41,181 nucleotides of DNA from IMG/VR virus record IMGVR_UViG_3300031825_000032, positions 1 through 41,181 of that record; one strand, written 5' to 3'. The DNA is from a virus. The stretch's first letter is position 1; every line of letters begins with the position of its first letter. Shown here piece by piece: positions 31,842 through 38,757 of this stretch. The position numbers were made by a program, and so were the translations under genes. The notes below the pieces were generated by a model. That model was not told the DNA's origin. It saw nothing but the letters and a program-made list of their open reading frames with translations, and ran no database searches.

Positions 31842-32239
31842 GCTCCTTTGTTGAAGTAGCAGTCCTTAAACACAAGATCACTTACAACTTCGTAATCCAC
31901 CAATGGGAAAAGGCCGCTTTCAACTTGCTCCACCTTATCACGATATTTATTGCTTATCATTATATCCATCAATTGAATTTCAGATGGTTGGTTGTTAAAA
32001 CCATCAACAAAGCTCCCTACGACGACAAAGTAAAGATTTTTGCGAACTATTATTTTGGGCGAGAATAGCGTTAAGTTGCCAAGTTCAATGCTTGACTGCA
32101 CCCACCACGGTTTTTCCCCATCTAAAAGAAATTGCACATTTTCAGGAGTTAGTGTTATACTTTCAAATATCGGCGGCTTTAATGTTAGTTTGGTTATTTT
32201 AAGGCCGTGCTCGCTCGTCGCTTCGTCGTCGCTCATCAT
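31838..32239 (-). CDS. AT-rich foreign ORFan, 133 aa
   Basis: ORF track. The DNA is visibly far more AT-rich than all neighbours. Start region is duplicated at 32637-32668. Confidence 0.65.
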   Translation of the reverse strand: MMSDDEATSEHGLKITKLTLKPPIFESITLTPENVQFLLDGEKPWWVQSSIELGNLTLFSPKIIVRKNLYFVVVGSFVDGFNNQPSEIQLMDIMISNKYRDKVEQVESGLFPLVDYEVVSDLVFKDCYFNKGA

Positions 32240-32259
32240 TCAGCCTTTCTCATGCTGCG
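32228..32259. repeat. 32-nt junction repeat, copy 1
   Basis: gtcgctcatcattcagcctttctcatgctgcg; 29 of 32 positions identical to 32637-32668. Confidence 0.85.
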
Positions 32260-32463
32260 ATGCCTTGTTAGGGAGTACTTCGCGCGGTTAATGGCGCGGT
32301 TGCGAATGGGATTCAGGATCGCCGTGGCTTGGGCGAGGCGATGCTTGGCGTCCGCACTGGCGCGTAATGCGTCGTCTACAATCACCCGCTCATCCTCAGT
32401 CAACCAATCCAGCCAAGGCCACTTTTGCCTTTTCGGTTGCCATCCTTGTGAGGGGCTGGTCAC
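32236..32463 (-). CDS. Hypothetical basic protein, 75 aa
   Basis: ORF track; overlaps on both sides. Confidence 0.5.
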   Translation of the reverse strand: MTSPSQGWQPKRQKWPWLDWLTEDERVIVDDALRASADAKHRLAQATAILNPIRNRAINRAKYSLTRHRSMRKAE

Positions 32464-32648
32464 GACTTGCGCTCCAGTTGCCAGCTATAAAGCTGGCGGG
32501 TTGTCGTCGCCATGCAACCGCATTCGTGTCCGCCGCAGCAGTACGGCGCATCAAGCTCGCGTTGCCAAATCTGCTCTCGCCATTCTTCGAACGAGCATCG
32601 GAGCAGCGCGGCCAGAAGGCGTAGCTTGAATATCGTGTCGCTCATCAT
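32460..32648 (-). CDS. Small Cys-rich protein, 62 aa (CCGGHECGC)
   Basis: AAGGAG SD, tandem ATGs. Confidence 0.55.
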   Translation of the reverse strand: MMSDTIFKLRLLAALLRCSFEEWREQIWQRELDAPYCCGGHECGCMATTTRQLYSWQLERKS

Positions 32649-32668
32649 TCACTCCTTCTCATGCTGCG
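32637..32668. repeat. 32-nt junction repeat, copy 2
   Basis: gtcgctcatcattcactccttctcatgctgcg. Confidence 0.85.
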
Positions 32669-32685
32669 TGGGGGATGGAGGGCTG

Positions 32686-33333
32686 TCATGCCGCCACAGC
32701 CTCTACGATCGGCGCATCCGCCTCGGGGAAGCTTCGGCGCCGTAGCTGCCTACACACGGCTCGCGCGATTTCCTTGCCTGTCATGTTCCAGGCCATCTCA
32801 CGGATGAGCCACGGCACAGTTGCGCGTGAGCCGGCGGCGATGCGGTGGACAAAGGCCTCTTCGAGCAATTCAGCGCGCCAGCACAGTTCCAGCAGTCTGG
32901 CGGCGTGAGGCTGCGCCCGTCCGTACGACCATGGCTTCAGGTTCCATTGGCCATAGTTCGGGCGCTCGGCGATCTCAGGGTAGCCCCACAGCTCTACAGG
33001 CTCGCTGTTGTACGCGTCCCGGAGTTCGTCGGACGGCACAAATCGAGGCATCCCGTTGTTGTACGGCGTGCGGTCAAACCACCGTTCGTGGGCCACAACC
33101 ACCACGTTATGTGACGCGCGCACGAACTGCCTGACCTGCTCCGGCAGCCGCTTCAGTGTATCGCGTTCTGACTTGATTTCGACCAACGTGATGCGCTCAG
33201 CCTCAATGGCGGCAAGGTCCGCGCGGCAACCTCCCACGACAAGCTCGTGGACGACGCGCGCAGCGGGCAGCATCTGCCGCAACCGGTTCGCGGCGTAGTC
33301 GCGGATTTCCCGTTCGGACGCTGACCCGGCCAT
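32686..33333 (-). CDS. PD-(D/E)XK nuclease-fold protein (MmcB/sce7726-like flavour), 215 aa
   Basis: GGCRADLAAIEAERITLVEIKSERDTLKRLPEQVRQF shows the D...E-x-K core. GGGAGGG SD. Confidence 0.6.
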   Translation of the reverse strand: MAGSASEREIRDYAANRLRQMLPAARVVHELVVGGCRADLAAIEAERITLVEIKSERDTLKRLPEQVRQFVRASHNVVVVAHERWFDRTPYNNGMPRFVPSDELRDAYNSEPVELWGYPEIAERPNYGQWNLKPWSYGRAQPHAARLLELCWRAELLEEAFVHRIAAGSRATVPWLIREMAWNMTGKEIARAVCRQLRRRSFPEADAPIVEAVAA

Positions 33334-33394
33334 CAGCCCGCCCTCCCAATGTCCGCACTTCTCCCGTAACCTAAGCGCTCGGCCATGATGGTCA

Positions 33395-33625
33395 TTACCC
33401 CTCCACCAACGCGGGATCGGCGATCAGGATGGCGCGTACTGCGCGGCCCAGATCGGTCAGATCATCGTCGCCGGAAACCCAGGACGGGTGCGATGTGACA
33501 AATGCATTCAAGTCGCTTTCATATCCCACCGAGGCTTCAAATGGTGGATTAGCGCCAAGAAAGCGGCGCGCGTCACGGCTCATCCATTGGATCGCCTCTT
33601 CGGCCTCGCGCTCAATCTTTGTCAT
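33395..33625 (-). CDS. Hypothetical protein, 76 aa; first gene of the accessory operon
   Basis: ATG 33625 with GGAGGCAAGG SD. Confidence 0.55.
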   Translation of the reverse strand: MTKIEREAEEAIQWMSRDARRFLGANPPFEASVGYESDLNAFVTSHPSWVSGDDDLTDLGRAVRAILIADPALVEG

Positions 33626-33631
33626 CTGTCC

Positions 33632-33695
33632 TTGCCTCCGTATCCGATAACGCATATCTATAGACGATAACGGGTATAGTCAATAGGCGATAACG
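33632..33695. promoter_or_regulatory. Divergent, fully overlapping promoter pair with three CGATAACG direct repeats
   Basis: Plus promoter is TTGCCT (33632-37)-N17-TATCTA (33655-60). Minus promoter is TTGACT (33678-83)-N17-TAGATA on the same hexamer. Boxes at 33645-52, 33665-72 and 33688-95; a fourth GATAACGG lies at 33724-31. Confidence 0.5.
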
Positions 33696-33703
33696 GAAAC
33701 TTT

Positions 33704-33895
33704 ATGGACTTGGCACAAAAAGAGATAACGGATACCCCGTCGCGCATGGGTCGTCCGCCGATAGGAAAGTTCACCGCCGTCCGCCTGCCGGACGAAACGC
33801 TCGTGCGCATCGACGCGCTGGTGGCGAAGGGTAAGCGCGCCGACTTCATCCGTGAGGCCGTGGAGCGAGAGCTGGAGCGGCGGGAGCAGGAATAG
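33704..33895 (+). CDS. Ribbon-helix-helix (CopG/Arc/Mnt-type) regulator, 63 aa
   Basis: GRPPIGKFTAVRLPDETLVRIDALVAKGKRADFIREAVERELERRE. Confidence 0.8.
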   Translation: MDLAQKEITDTPSRMGRPPIGKFTAVRLPDETLVRIDALVAKGKRADFIREAVERELERREQE

Positions 33896-34003
33896 TCCGC
33901 ACTTCGCCCGTAACCCATTGATATACGCCTGTGGACAACCCTGTGTGTCCGCAGAAATATCGTTACGATACCGAGCGCGAGGTCGGCTTTTGGTACCGCC
34001 ATG

Positions 34004-34032
34004 CGGAGGTTCGAATCCTCCCGCCCCAGCCA
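34004..34032 (+). other. attP core candidate: 3' fragment of a tRNA (T-arm + acceptor + CCA), tRNA-Pro-like
   Basis: cggaggttcgaatcctcccgccccagcca. No matching 5' acceptor strand upstream, so this is not a whole tRNA. Lies close to int. Confidence 0.6.
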
Positions 34033-34039
34033 AGCGTTT

Positions 34040-34357
34040 TCAAGCACTTGCATGTTTATCCCCGCTGTTATCCCGATACCCGTCCGCAGTTTTTTCCGCA
34101 ATCTCATCAGCCTGTGGGGGTGCGGGTAGGGCTTGCCAGTAGGCCACGTCCGTGCGCGATATCCAAACATCATCCTCGCTCATTCCAGCGGTCCAGTCGC
34201 ACCAGCTGTAGCTCTCTACGTCCCCGACTCCAGCGTAGACGTCACCCCAAAAGCCGACGAATATGTGCGTCTCGTAATCTTCTCTGTGCGCCTTACGGAG
34301 CAGAAGTAGCATTTGATTGTTCTTCGGCGCCGTCTCAATCGGTTGCCACTCACCCAT
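34040..34357 (-). CDS. DUF551-like protein, 105 aa
   Basis: WQPIETAPKNN... and ...VAYWQALPAPP motifs. Overlaps the int stop by 8 nt. Confidence 0.65.
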   Translation of the reverse strand: MGEWQPIETAPKNNQMLLLLRKAHREDYETHIFVGFWGDVYAGVGDVESYSWCDWTAGMSEDDVWISRTDVAYWQALPAPPQADEIAEKTADGYRDNSGDKHASA

Positions 34358-35414
34358 GAGCCTTCTCCTTCATCCTCCGCGCCTCCAGCTTCGCCACAGC
34401 ATTATCCGACAGGCTTGCGGTCATCGCCTGATACGTGTCCAGCATGGCGTTCACGGTCTGCACGGTCCAGCCGAGAACGGCAGCGATTTCCTGCGGTGTG
34501 CAGCCCGCCTCCGATAGCGTCGTGCAGGTCGTGCCGCGCAGGTCATGGAAGTGCAGGCCGTCGCACCCGGCAGCGAGCGTCGCCTTGCGCCAGTGGTGCT
34601 GGAACGTGATCTGATGCCACGGCTTGTTGCCGGGCCCGGCGAGGATGGTGGCGCATGTGCGCGGCGCGGCGTCGAGGACGGCTTTCAGGGACTGCGTGAC
34701 AGGCATATCGACGAGCCGGTGGCGCTTGCCCTGCCGGAACCGGATGCGCGTTCCGTCATAGCTGGACCATGCCAGCTTGAGCACATCGGCCTGCCTCTGC
34801 CCCGTGCCTAGCGCCAATTCGAACGCGAGGCGCATGTCGGCGGGGGCCGATTCGCGGAACCGCTCGATGTGCGGCGGAAGCCATAGCTTGTCCGATCGGT
34901 CGGCCCGGTACACCTTCTTTGGCCGGATCGCGTGGTTGATGCCGATGCGCCCGCGATTCCTCGCCCACTCCAGCACGACGCGCAGGACGGCCATTGTGCT
35001 GTCGGCCTGCCGCGGGGACGCCTTGGCGAGCGTGTCGCGCCAGTCGAGGAACCGGCTGCGGATTTTCGGGTCTTCGATCGCTGCGAGCGGGTAGTTGCCG
35101 AACTTCGCCTCGATCCGGGCGATGTGCTTCAGGTAGTCGGCTTTCGTGCGCGGTGCGAGGCGGGTATAGTCGGCCGACTTCGTGTAGTCGTGCGTCAGTT
35201 CTTTCAGCGTGCCGGAGCGGCTGGCCTTGATCGGCGCATGGATCGCGTCATTGTACGCGCGCATGAACGCAGGCGTGCCGGGCGCGAAAGCCTCGCTCTC
35301 GTCGCCGGGGAGGGGGCGCAGGGCGCCGAAGCCGCGCAGGTACCAGTAGACGGCCACCTTGCCGCCCTTGCGCGCCTTACGCGTCTCATAGACCCCTTTA
35401 AGCCGCGTGCGCAT
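34350..35414 (-). CDS. int: Tyrosine integrase
   Basis: GTGQRQADV (Arg), HFHDLRGT (H-x-x-R), LDTYQ (Tyr). ATG 35414 (the ORF opens at TTG 35429). Confidence 0.92.
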   Translation of the reverse strand: MRTRLKGVYETRKARKGGKVAVYWYLRGFGALRPLPGDESEAFAPGTPAFMRAYNDAIHAPIKASRSGTLKELTHDYTKSADYTRLAPRTKADYLKHIARIEAKFGNYPLAAIEDPKIRSRFLDWRDTLAKASPRQADSTMAVLRVVLEWARNRGRIGINHAIRPKKVYRADRSDKLWLPPHIERFRESAPADMRLAFELALGTGQRQADVLKLAWSSYDGTRIRFRQGKRHRLVDMPVTQSLKAVLDAAPRTCATILAGPGNKPWHQITFQHHWRKATLAAGCDGLHFHDLRGTTCTTLSEAGCTPQEIAAVLGWTVQTVNAMLDTYQAMTASLSDNAVAKLEARRMKEKAHG

Positions 35415-35649
35415 TCTCGTATTCCTCAAGGGGCGATAGCTTCCGCCCGCCCGTTATGCCCTGCTTACGATCGAGCAGGTAGTCATGCGCCTTCACGTCA
35501 TAGCGCGTGGTGCCGGGGACGGGGCCGGGGACGAGCCCGCGATTGTGCCATGTGTCATAGGTCGCATGGCTGATGCCGCCCAGATATTCGCAGATACCGT
35601 CCTTGGTCTGGAGGCGGTGCGCGGGGTCGTAGCGTCGGTCAGCGCCCAT
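35398..35649 (-). CDS. xis: Excisionase-like small HTH protein, 83 aa
   Basis: ATG 35649 with GAGGGAG SD. ICEYLGGISHATYDTWHNRGLVPGPV. Directly upstream of and overlapping int. Confidence 0.65.
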   Translation of the reverse strand: MGADRRYDPAHRLQTKDGICEYLGGISHATYDTWHNRGLVPGPVPGTTRYDVKAHDYLLDRKQGITGGRKLSPLEEYENAHAA

Positions 35650-35791
35650 CGTCTCTCTCCCTCGGCGAGAGGATGGTCGGATAACTTTCAAGCGCAAGCC
35701 GGTCCTGCCGGTTCAGGTGCCAGCCGTAGAACACGATGATGAAGAGGGCGGCGATCAATCCCGCCGCGATCCCTTTCGCAAGCTCGCCCAT
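35639..35791 (-). CDS. Single-TM peptide, 50 aa
   Basis: ATG 35791 with AAGGAGGGG SD. IAAGLIAALFIIVFYGW TM segment. Confidence 0.5.
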   Translation of the reverse strand: MGELAKGIAAGLIAALFIIVFYGWHLNRQDRLALESYPTILSPRERDDGR

Positions 35792-35793
35792 CG

Positions 35794-36033
35794 CTACCGC
35801 CCCTCCTTCAGATGCTCGCCAGATTCGATTGCGTTGGCGATCTGCATAATGGCCTCGTCGCCTCGAATGTGTTTTGCGGACGATAGAAGCTCGCGCCGCC
35901 GCATCCACACAACAATCGCCGCCCGTTCCTTCTCAGCTTCAGTCATGGGTGTTCTCCGTGTAAGCGCCAGCCATTCCTCTTTGGAAGCCGGATGGATTTC
36001 GCCGGGGAATTCCTCGTCGTCATCCTCGGTCAT
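35794..36033 (-). CDS. Hypothetical acidic protein, 79 aa, with a duplicated internal RBS and start
   Basis: GGAGAACACCCATGAC occurs at the start (36029-36044) and again in frame at 35942-35957. Confidence 0.55.
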   Translation of the reverse strand: MTEDDDEEFPGEIHPASKEEWLALTRRTPMTEAEKERAAIVVWMRRRELLSSAKHIRGDEAIMQIANAIESGEHLKEGR

Positions 36034-36232
36034 GGGTGTTCTCCAGTAGGCGGCGGGCCTGAACGAGTTGATCGACAGCGCGTCGGATCGTCGAGACGCA
36101 AACACCGCCATCCTTCGGATCGAACTTGTGCGCCAAATCATAAGCCGCGCCCTCAAGGTTGAGGATCGGGTCTTTCTTGCCGTCGAAGTCGAACACTTCT
36201 GTCAGCTTCCGCACGATCTCTTCAGCGGTCAT
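36020..36232 (-). CDS. Hypothetical protein, 70 aa
   Basis: ORF track. Confidence 0.55.
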   Translation of the reverse strand: MTAEEIVRKLTEVFDFDGKKDPILNLEGAAYDLAHKFDPKDGGVCVSTIRRAVDQLVQARRLLENTHDRG

Positions 36233-36518
36233 TGCCAGACCTCAACGTCGTGCAGCCGATCGCTGGATTGTAGTGCCTTTCCTCACAATCGCACTCGCCA
36301 AAAGGCGGTAATGCGCGTTGACCATTACACCAACGGCATAGGGGCCTTCTGGCGGACACCCGCTTGTTGAGCACCACCAGCAACCGCGCGATTTCCTCTG
36401 CCTGTGCTGTGAGGGCTGCGGCCACTCTATCCATGTCGTCATAATCGTCGTACATCATTGCGAACTTGTCGCGAAGCTGTTGCAGCCGCTCCACCAGCGC
36501 CTTTACGTCATCACTCAT
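36222..36518 (-). CDS. Hypothetical protein, 98 aa, with a C-terminal Cys cluster
   Basis: ORF track; CRWCNGQRALPPFGECDCEE. Confidence 0.55.
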   Translation of the reverse strand: MSDDVKALVERLQQLRDKFAMMYDDYDDMDRVAAALTAQAEEIARLLVVLNKRVSARRPLCRWCNGQRALPPFGECDCEERHYNPAIGCTTLRSGNDR

Positions 36519-36759
36519 GGGGTGGTTCCTTTAGCACAATCCAAGTGCGAGTGAATTTCACGGCCGGATACTTTTCTGCCATGTAGCGCCTCACAAAATT
36601 CGCCTCGCTTTGATTGAACAGATTGAAACGGACTTCTTCGGCGTGGCCTTTGGCTACCTCAGCAGCCCCAAAGTCGCACATTTCCCGCAAGCCAAGTTCT
36701 GCGTTTCTCTCTCCAGAGAATGCATCTCGGTCATTCCAGCGTTTACTTTTATCGGCCAT
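36511..36759 (-). CDS. Hypothetical protein, 82 aa
   Basis: ATG 36759 overlaps the upstream TGA. Confidence 0.55.
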   Translation of the reverse strand: MADKSKRWNDRDAFSGERNAELGLREMCDFGAAEVAKGHAEEVRFNLFNQSEANFVRRYMAEKYPAVKFTRTWIVLKEPPHE

Positions 36760-37034
36760 CACCGCCCATCCTTCCCGGCGCGTTCGGCGCGGAACTTGTT
36801 GATTGCAGACGCGGCTTTTTCACGGCCGCGCTCGATACCGCGATTGAAATCATCTCTCGGCCCAAAGTTTGGGTGCTGCCCGGCTATTCTGGAGGCGAGT
36901 TCGAGCGCATCATCAACCGCCTTCTCCATGTACCGGCGGGCGATGGCTTCACACTCTTCGATAACGTCTTGATCGAAAAGGCCGTCAAGTCCCATCTCAC
37001 GCACCATCTGCGCGGCGAGGTCGTCAGTCTGCAT
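36759..37034 (-). CDS. Hypothetical protein, 91 aa
   Basis: ORF track. Confidence 0.55.
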   Translation of the reverse strand: MQTDDLAAQMVREMGLDGLFDQDVIEECEAIARRYMEKAVDDALELASRIAGQHPNFGPRDDFNRGIERGREKAASAINKFRAERAGKDGR

Positions 37035-37353
37035 CGCTCTTGTCCTTATCGGGCTGGCGGAGATGGTCGTAATTGTGAAACGCCTCCGCCAAGGTTATGC
37101 AGGCATCGTTCCATGCTGTGTCACGTGGCGACATGACCACACGAACCTGATTGCAGGCCATGTCCTTGCTGAGCGTCCGCGTCCGCTCGATTGCTGCGAT
37201 GGCGGCGTGTAGCGCCACACTTTCATTGTCGCATTTTCCTGCGAGTATATCGGCTGCACGGTTGTGCGCTCGCTGGCTGTCACCGTCCATAACTATGGTC
37301 GATTCCGCTGTGATCTCCCGCGCAATCCGCAGCACGTCTGGGTTAGTGGTCAT
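37024..37353 (-). CDS. Hypothetical protein, 109 aa
   Basis: ATG 37353 in an ATGA overlap (MTTNPDVLRIAREI...). Confidence 0.55.
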   Translation of the reverse strand: MTTNPDVLRIAREITAESTIVMDGDSQRAHNRAADILAGKCDNESVALHAAIAAIERTRTLSKDMACNQVRVVMSPRDTAWNDACITLAEAFHNYDHLRQPDKDKSDAD

Positions 37354-37529
37354 CGCATAGTCTCCCCGAATAGATCGTTCGCCCAATGCTTCACGCGACC
37401 GTCAGCCCACTGCCTGTATCCCTGCCTAAGCAAGTTGTACGCGATGCAGGGCTGTTGCTCCCATTGCCGCTGATAGTAATCGGCTATGTGCGCGCATGGT
37501 GCGGCGAGGTCGTCGGTGGGGTGGGTCAT
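37350..37529 (-). CDS. Hypothetical protein, 59 aa (below the ORF-track cutoff)
   Basis: Hand translation gives MTHPTDDLAAPCAHIADYYQRQWEQQPCIAYNLLRQGYRQWADGRVKHWANDLFGETMR. ATGA overlaps at both ends. Confidence 0.5.
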   Translation of the reverse strand: MTHPTDDLAAPCAHIADYYQRQWEQQPCIAYNLLRQGYRQWADGRVKHWANDLFGETMR

Positions 37530-37744
37530 GGCGTGTAATCCGGGTTAGGTTCGAAGCCTTCGCAGTCTTCGTCTTTTATTTCGCCGCCAGTATACCATGT
37601 GCGACGACACTTTCTTGGCCCTGCTTTCCATGCGTCATTGTGGCAATAGACTGCGTGACACTCGACACGATGCCCGAAACGACAAGGTTGGTCGAATGCG
37701 CTATCATCGTCTCCTGCGAATATCTCGACAAGATTTATAGCCAT
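37526..37744 (-). CDS. Cys/His-rich small protein, 72 aa
   Basis: CRFGHRVECHAVYCHNDAWKAGPRKCRR. ATG 37744 overlaps the upstream TGA. Confidence 0.55.
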   Translation of the reverse strand: MAINLVEIFAGDDDSAFDQPCRFGHRVECHAVYCHNDAWKAGPRKCRRTWYTGGEIKDEDCEGFEPNPDYTP

Positions 37745-38757
37745 CACTTCCCTCCCGTCATCATGCGCAGAATCTTCGCGCGAGCGTAGGTCGCTGCATC
37801 GGTTGGTGCATCGAATTGCCTCAATGCCTCTTCCAACGCCTCCCGCCGCCCGCGTGCTTCTGCTTCGGTGAGCAAGTTAATCGCGCATCTGTAGACGTGA
37901 TTGCGAGCCTGCCCTTCGGTGTACGACGCGATGTTTCGCGCCCACTGCTCTCTTTGGCAATCGCCATCCGTCACAACAACCTCAGGCGTCGTATCGGCGC
38001 CTTTGATCTCTGAACATGCGTCGTCATGGGTGGCAGGCCATACGTGCGTCTTGGCAGGCTCAGCGGTGCACGACAGCATTAGAGCGCAATCCGGCTCATG
38101 CAGCATACCTATTGCAACGCCGCACGACGGGCAGTTGTAATTCGGATCGTAAGATACCGTTGTCTCTTTAGCAGGCTCAGCGGTGTTGCGTTCCGCTGCT
38201 TTGGAGAGGTTGCGCCAGTTCCAAGCTAGATCAATTCGGCGCTGGCAGGCTTGGCGAGCAATGCCGATCATGTAATCTCGGTCAGATTCCGGCGTTCCAG
38301 TAAAAATCACGCCGCCTCTTTCAAATGCCGCGATTTTCGCAAGGGCGCCATTCAACCGCTCGTTCTCAGCACGCAGCGCGGCGAGTTCGCGTTTGTGTTC
38401 AGACATCTCAATAATTGTATCGTCCCAGCCCTTTCTGGCGTGGCGATAACAATCTTGCCATTCCTGTATTCTAGCATCCTTGCTGGCGATGAGTTCGGAT
38501 ATGGCGGTGCGGAGGTAGGGTATTTGCTTCGGCCCAGTTCCACCAACGTCGTACAGACCACGGCGATACTCATCGGCTAGGGTGTGGCTTGCGAAGGATA
38601 CAGCCATCATCTCCCGCCATATCCTCGTAGCCTCATCGACTTCCGGCGCGGGCGGGGAGAGGCGGTCGAGGATGGCGAGAGATTCCGCAACGTTTTCCGC
38701 CTTGCGGATATTCTCACGCAGCGTCTCGATCTCGGCGGGCCCAAGACTACTTTGCAT
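37744..38757 (-). CDS. Hypothetical mosaic protein, 337 aa (coiled coil, Cys motif, internal TAEPAK duplication)
   Basis: ATG 38757 with GGGAGAG SD. 15-nt gcaggctcagcggtg occurs twice (about 38054 and 38171). Confidence 0.6.
   Translation of the reverse strand: MQSSLGPAEIETLRENIRKAENVAESLAILDRLSPPAPEVDEATRIWREMMAVSFASHTLADEYRRGLYDVGGTGPKQIPYLRTAISELIASKDARIQEWQDCYRHARKGWDDTIIEMSEHKRELAALRAENERLNGALAKIAAFERGGVIFTGTPESDRDYMIGIARQACQRRIDLAWNWRNLSKAAERNTAEPAKETTVSYDPNYNCPSCGVAIGMLHEPDCALMLSCTAEPAKTHVWPATHDDACSEIKGADTTPEVVVTDGDCQREQWARNIASYTEGQARNHVYRCAINLLTEAEARGRREALEEALRQFDAPTDAATYARAKILRMMTGGK

Noticed and set aside
33950-34032. A complete tRNA gene ending at the CCA at 34032
   Set aside because: Only the T-arm and 3' acceptor strand are present. 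No complementary 5' acceptor sequence or anticodon arm can be drawn upstream. I interpret it as an attP core fragment.
33658-34173. 171-aa minus-strand ORF spanning the RHH gene and the attP region
   Set aside because: It is antisense to a well-supported RHH gene and runs across the tRNA-like fragment. The translation is not protein-like.
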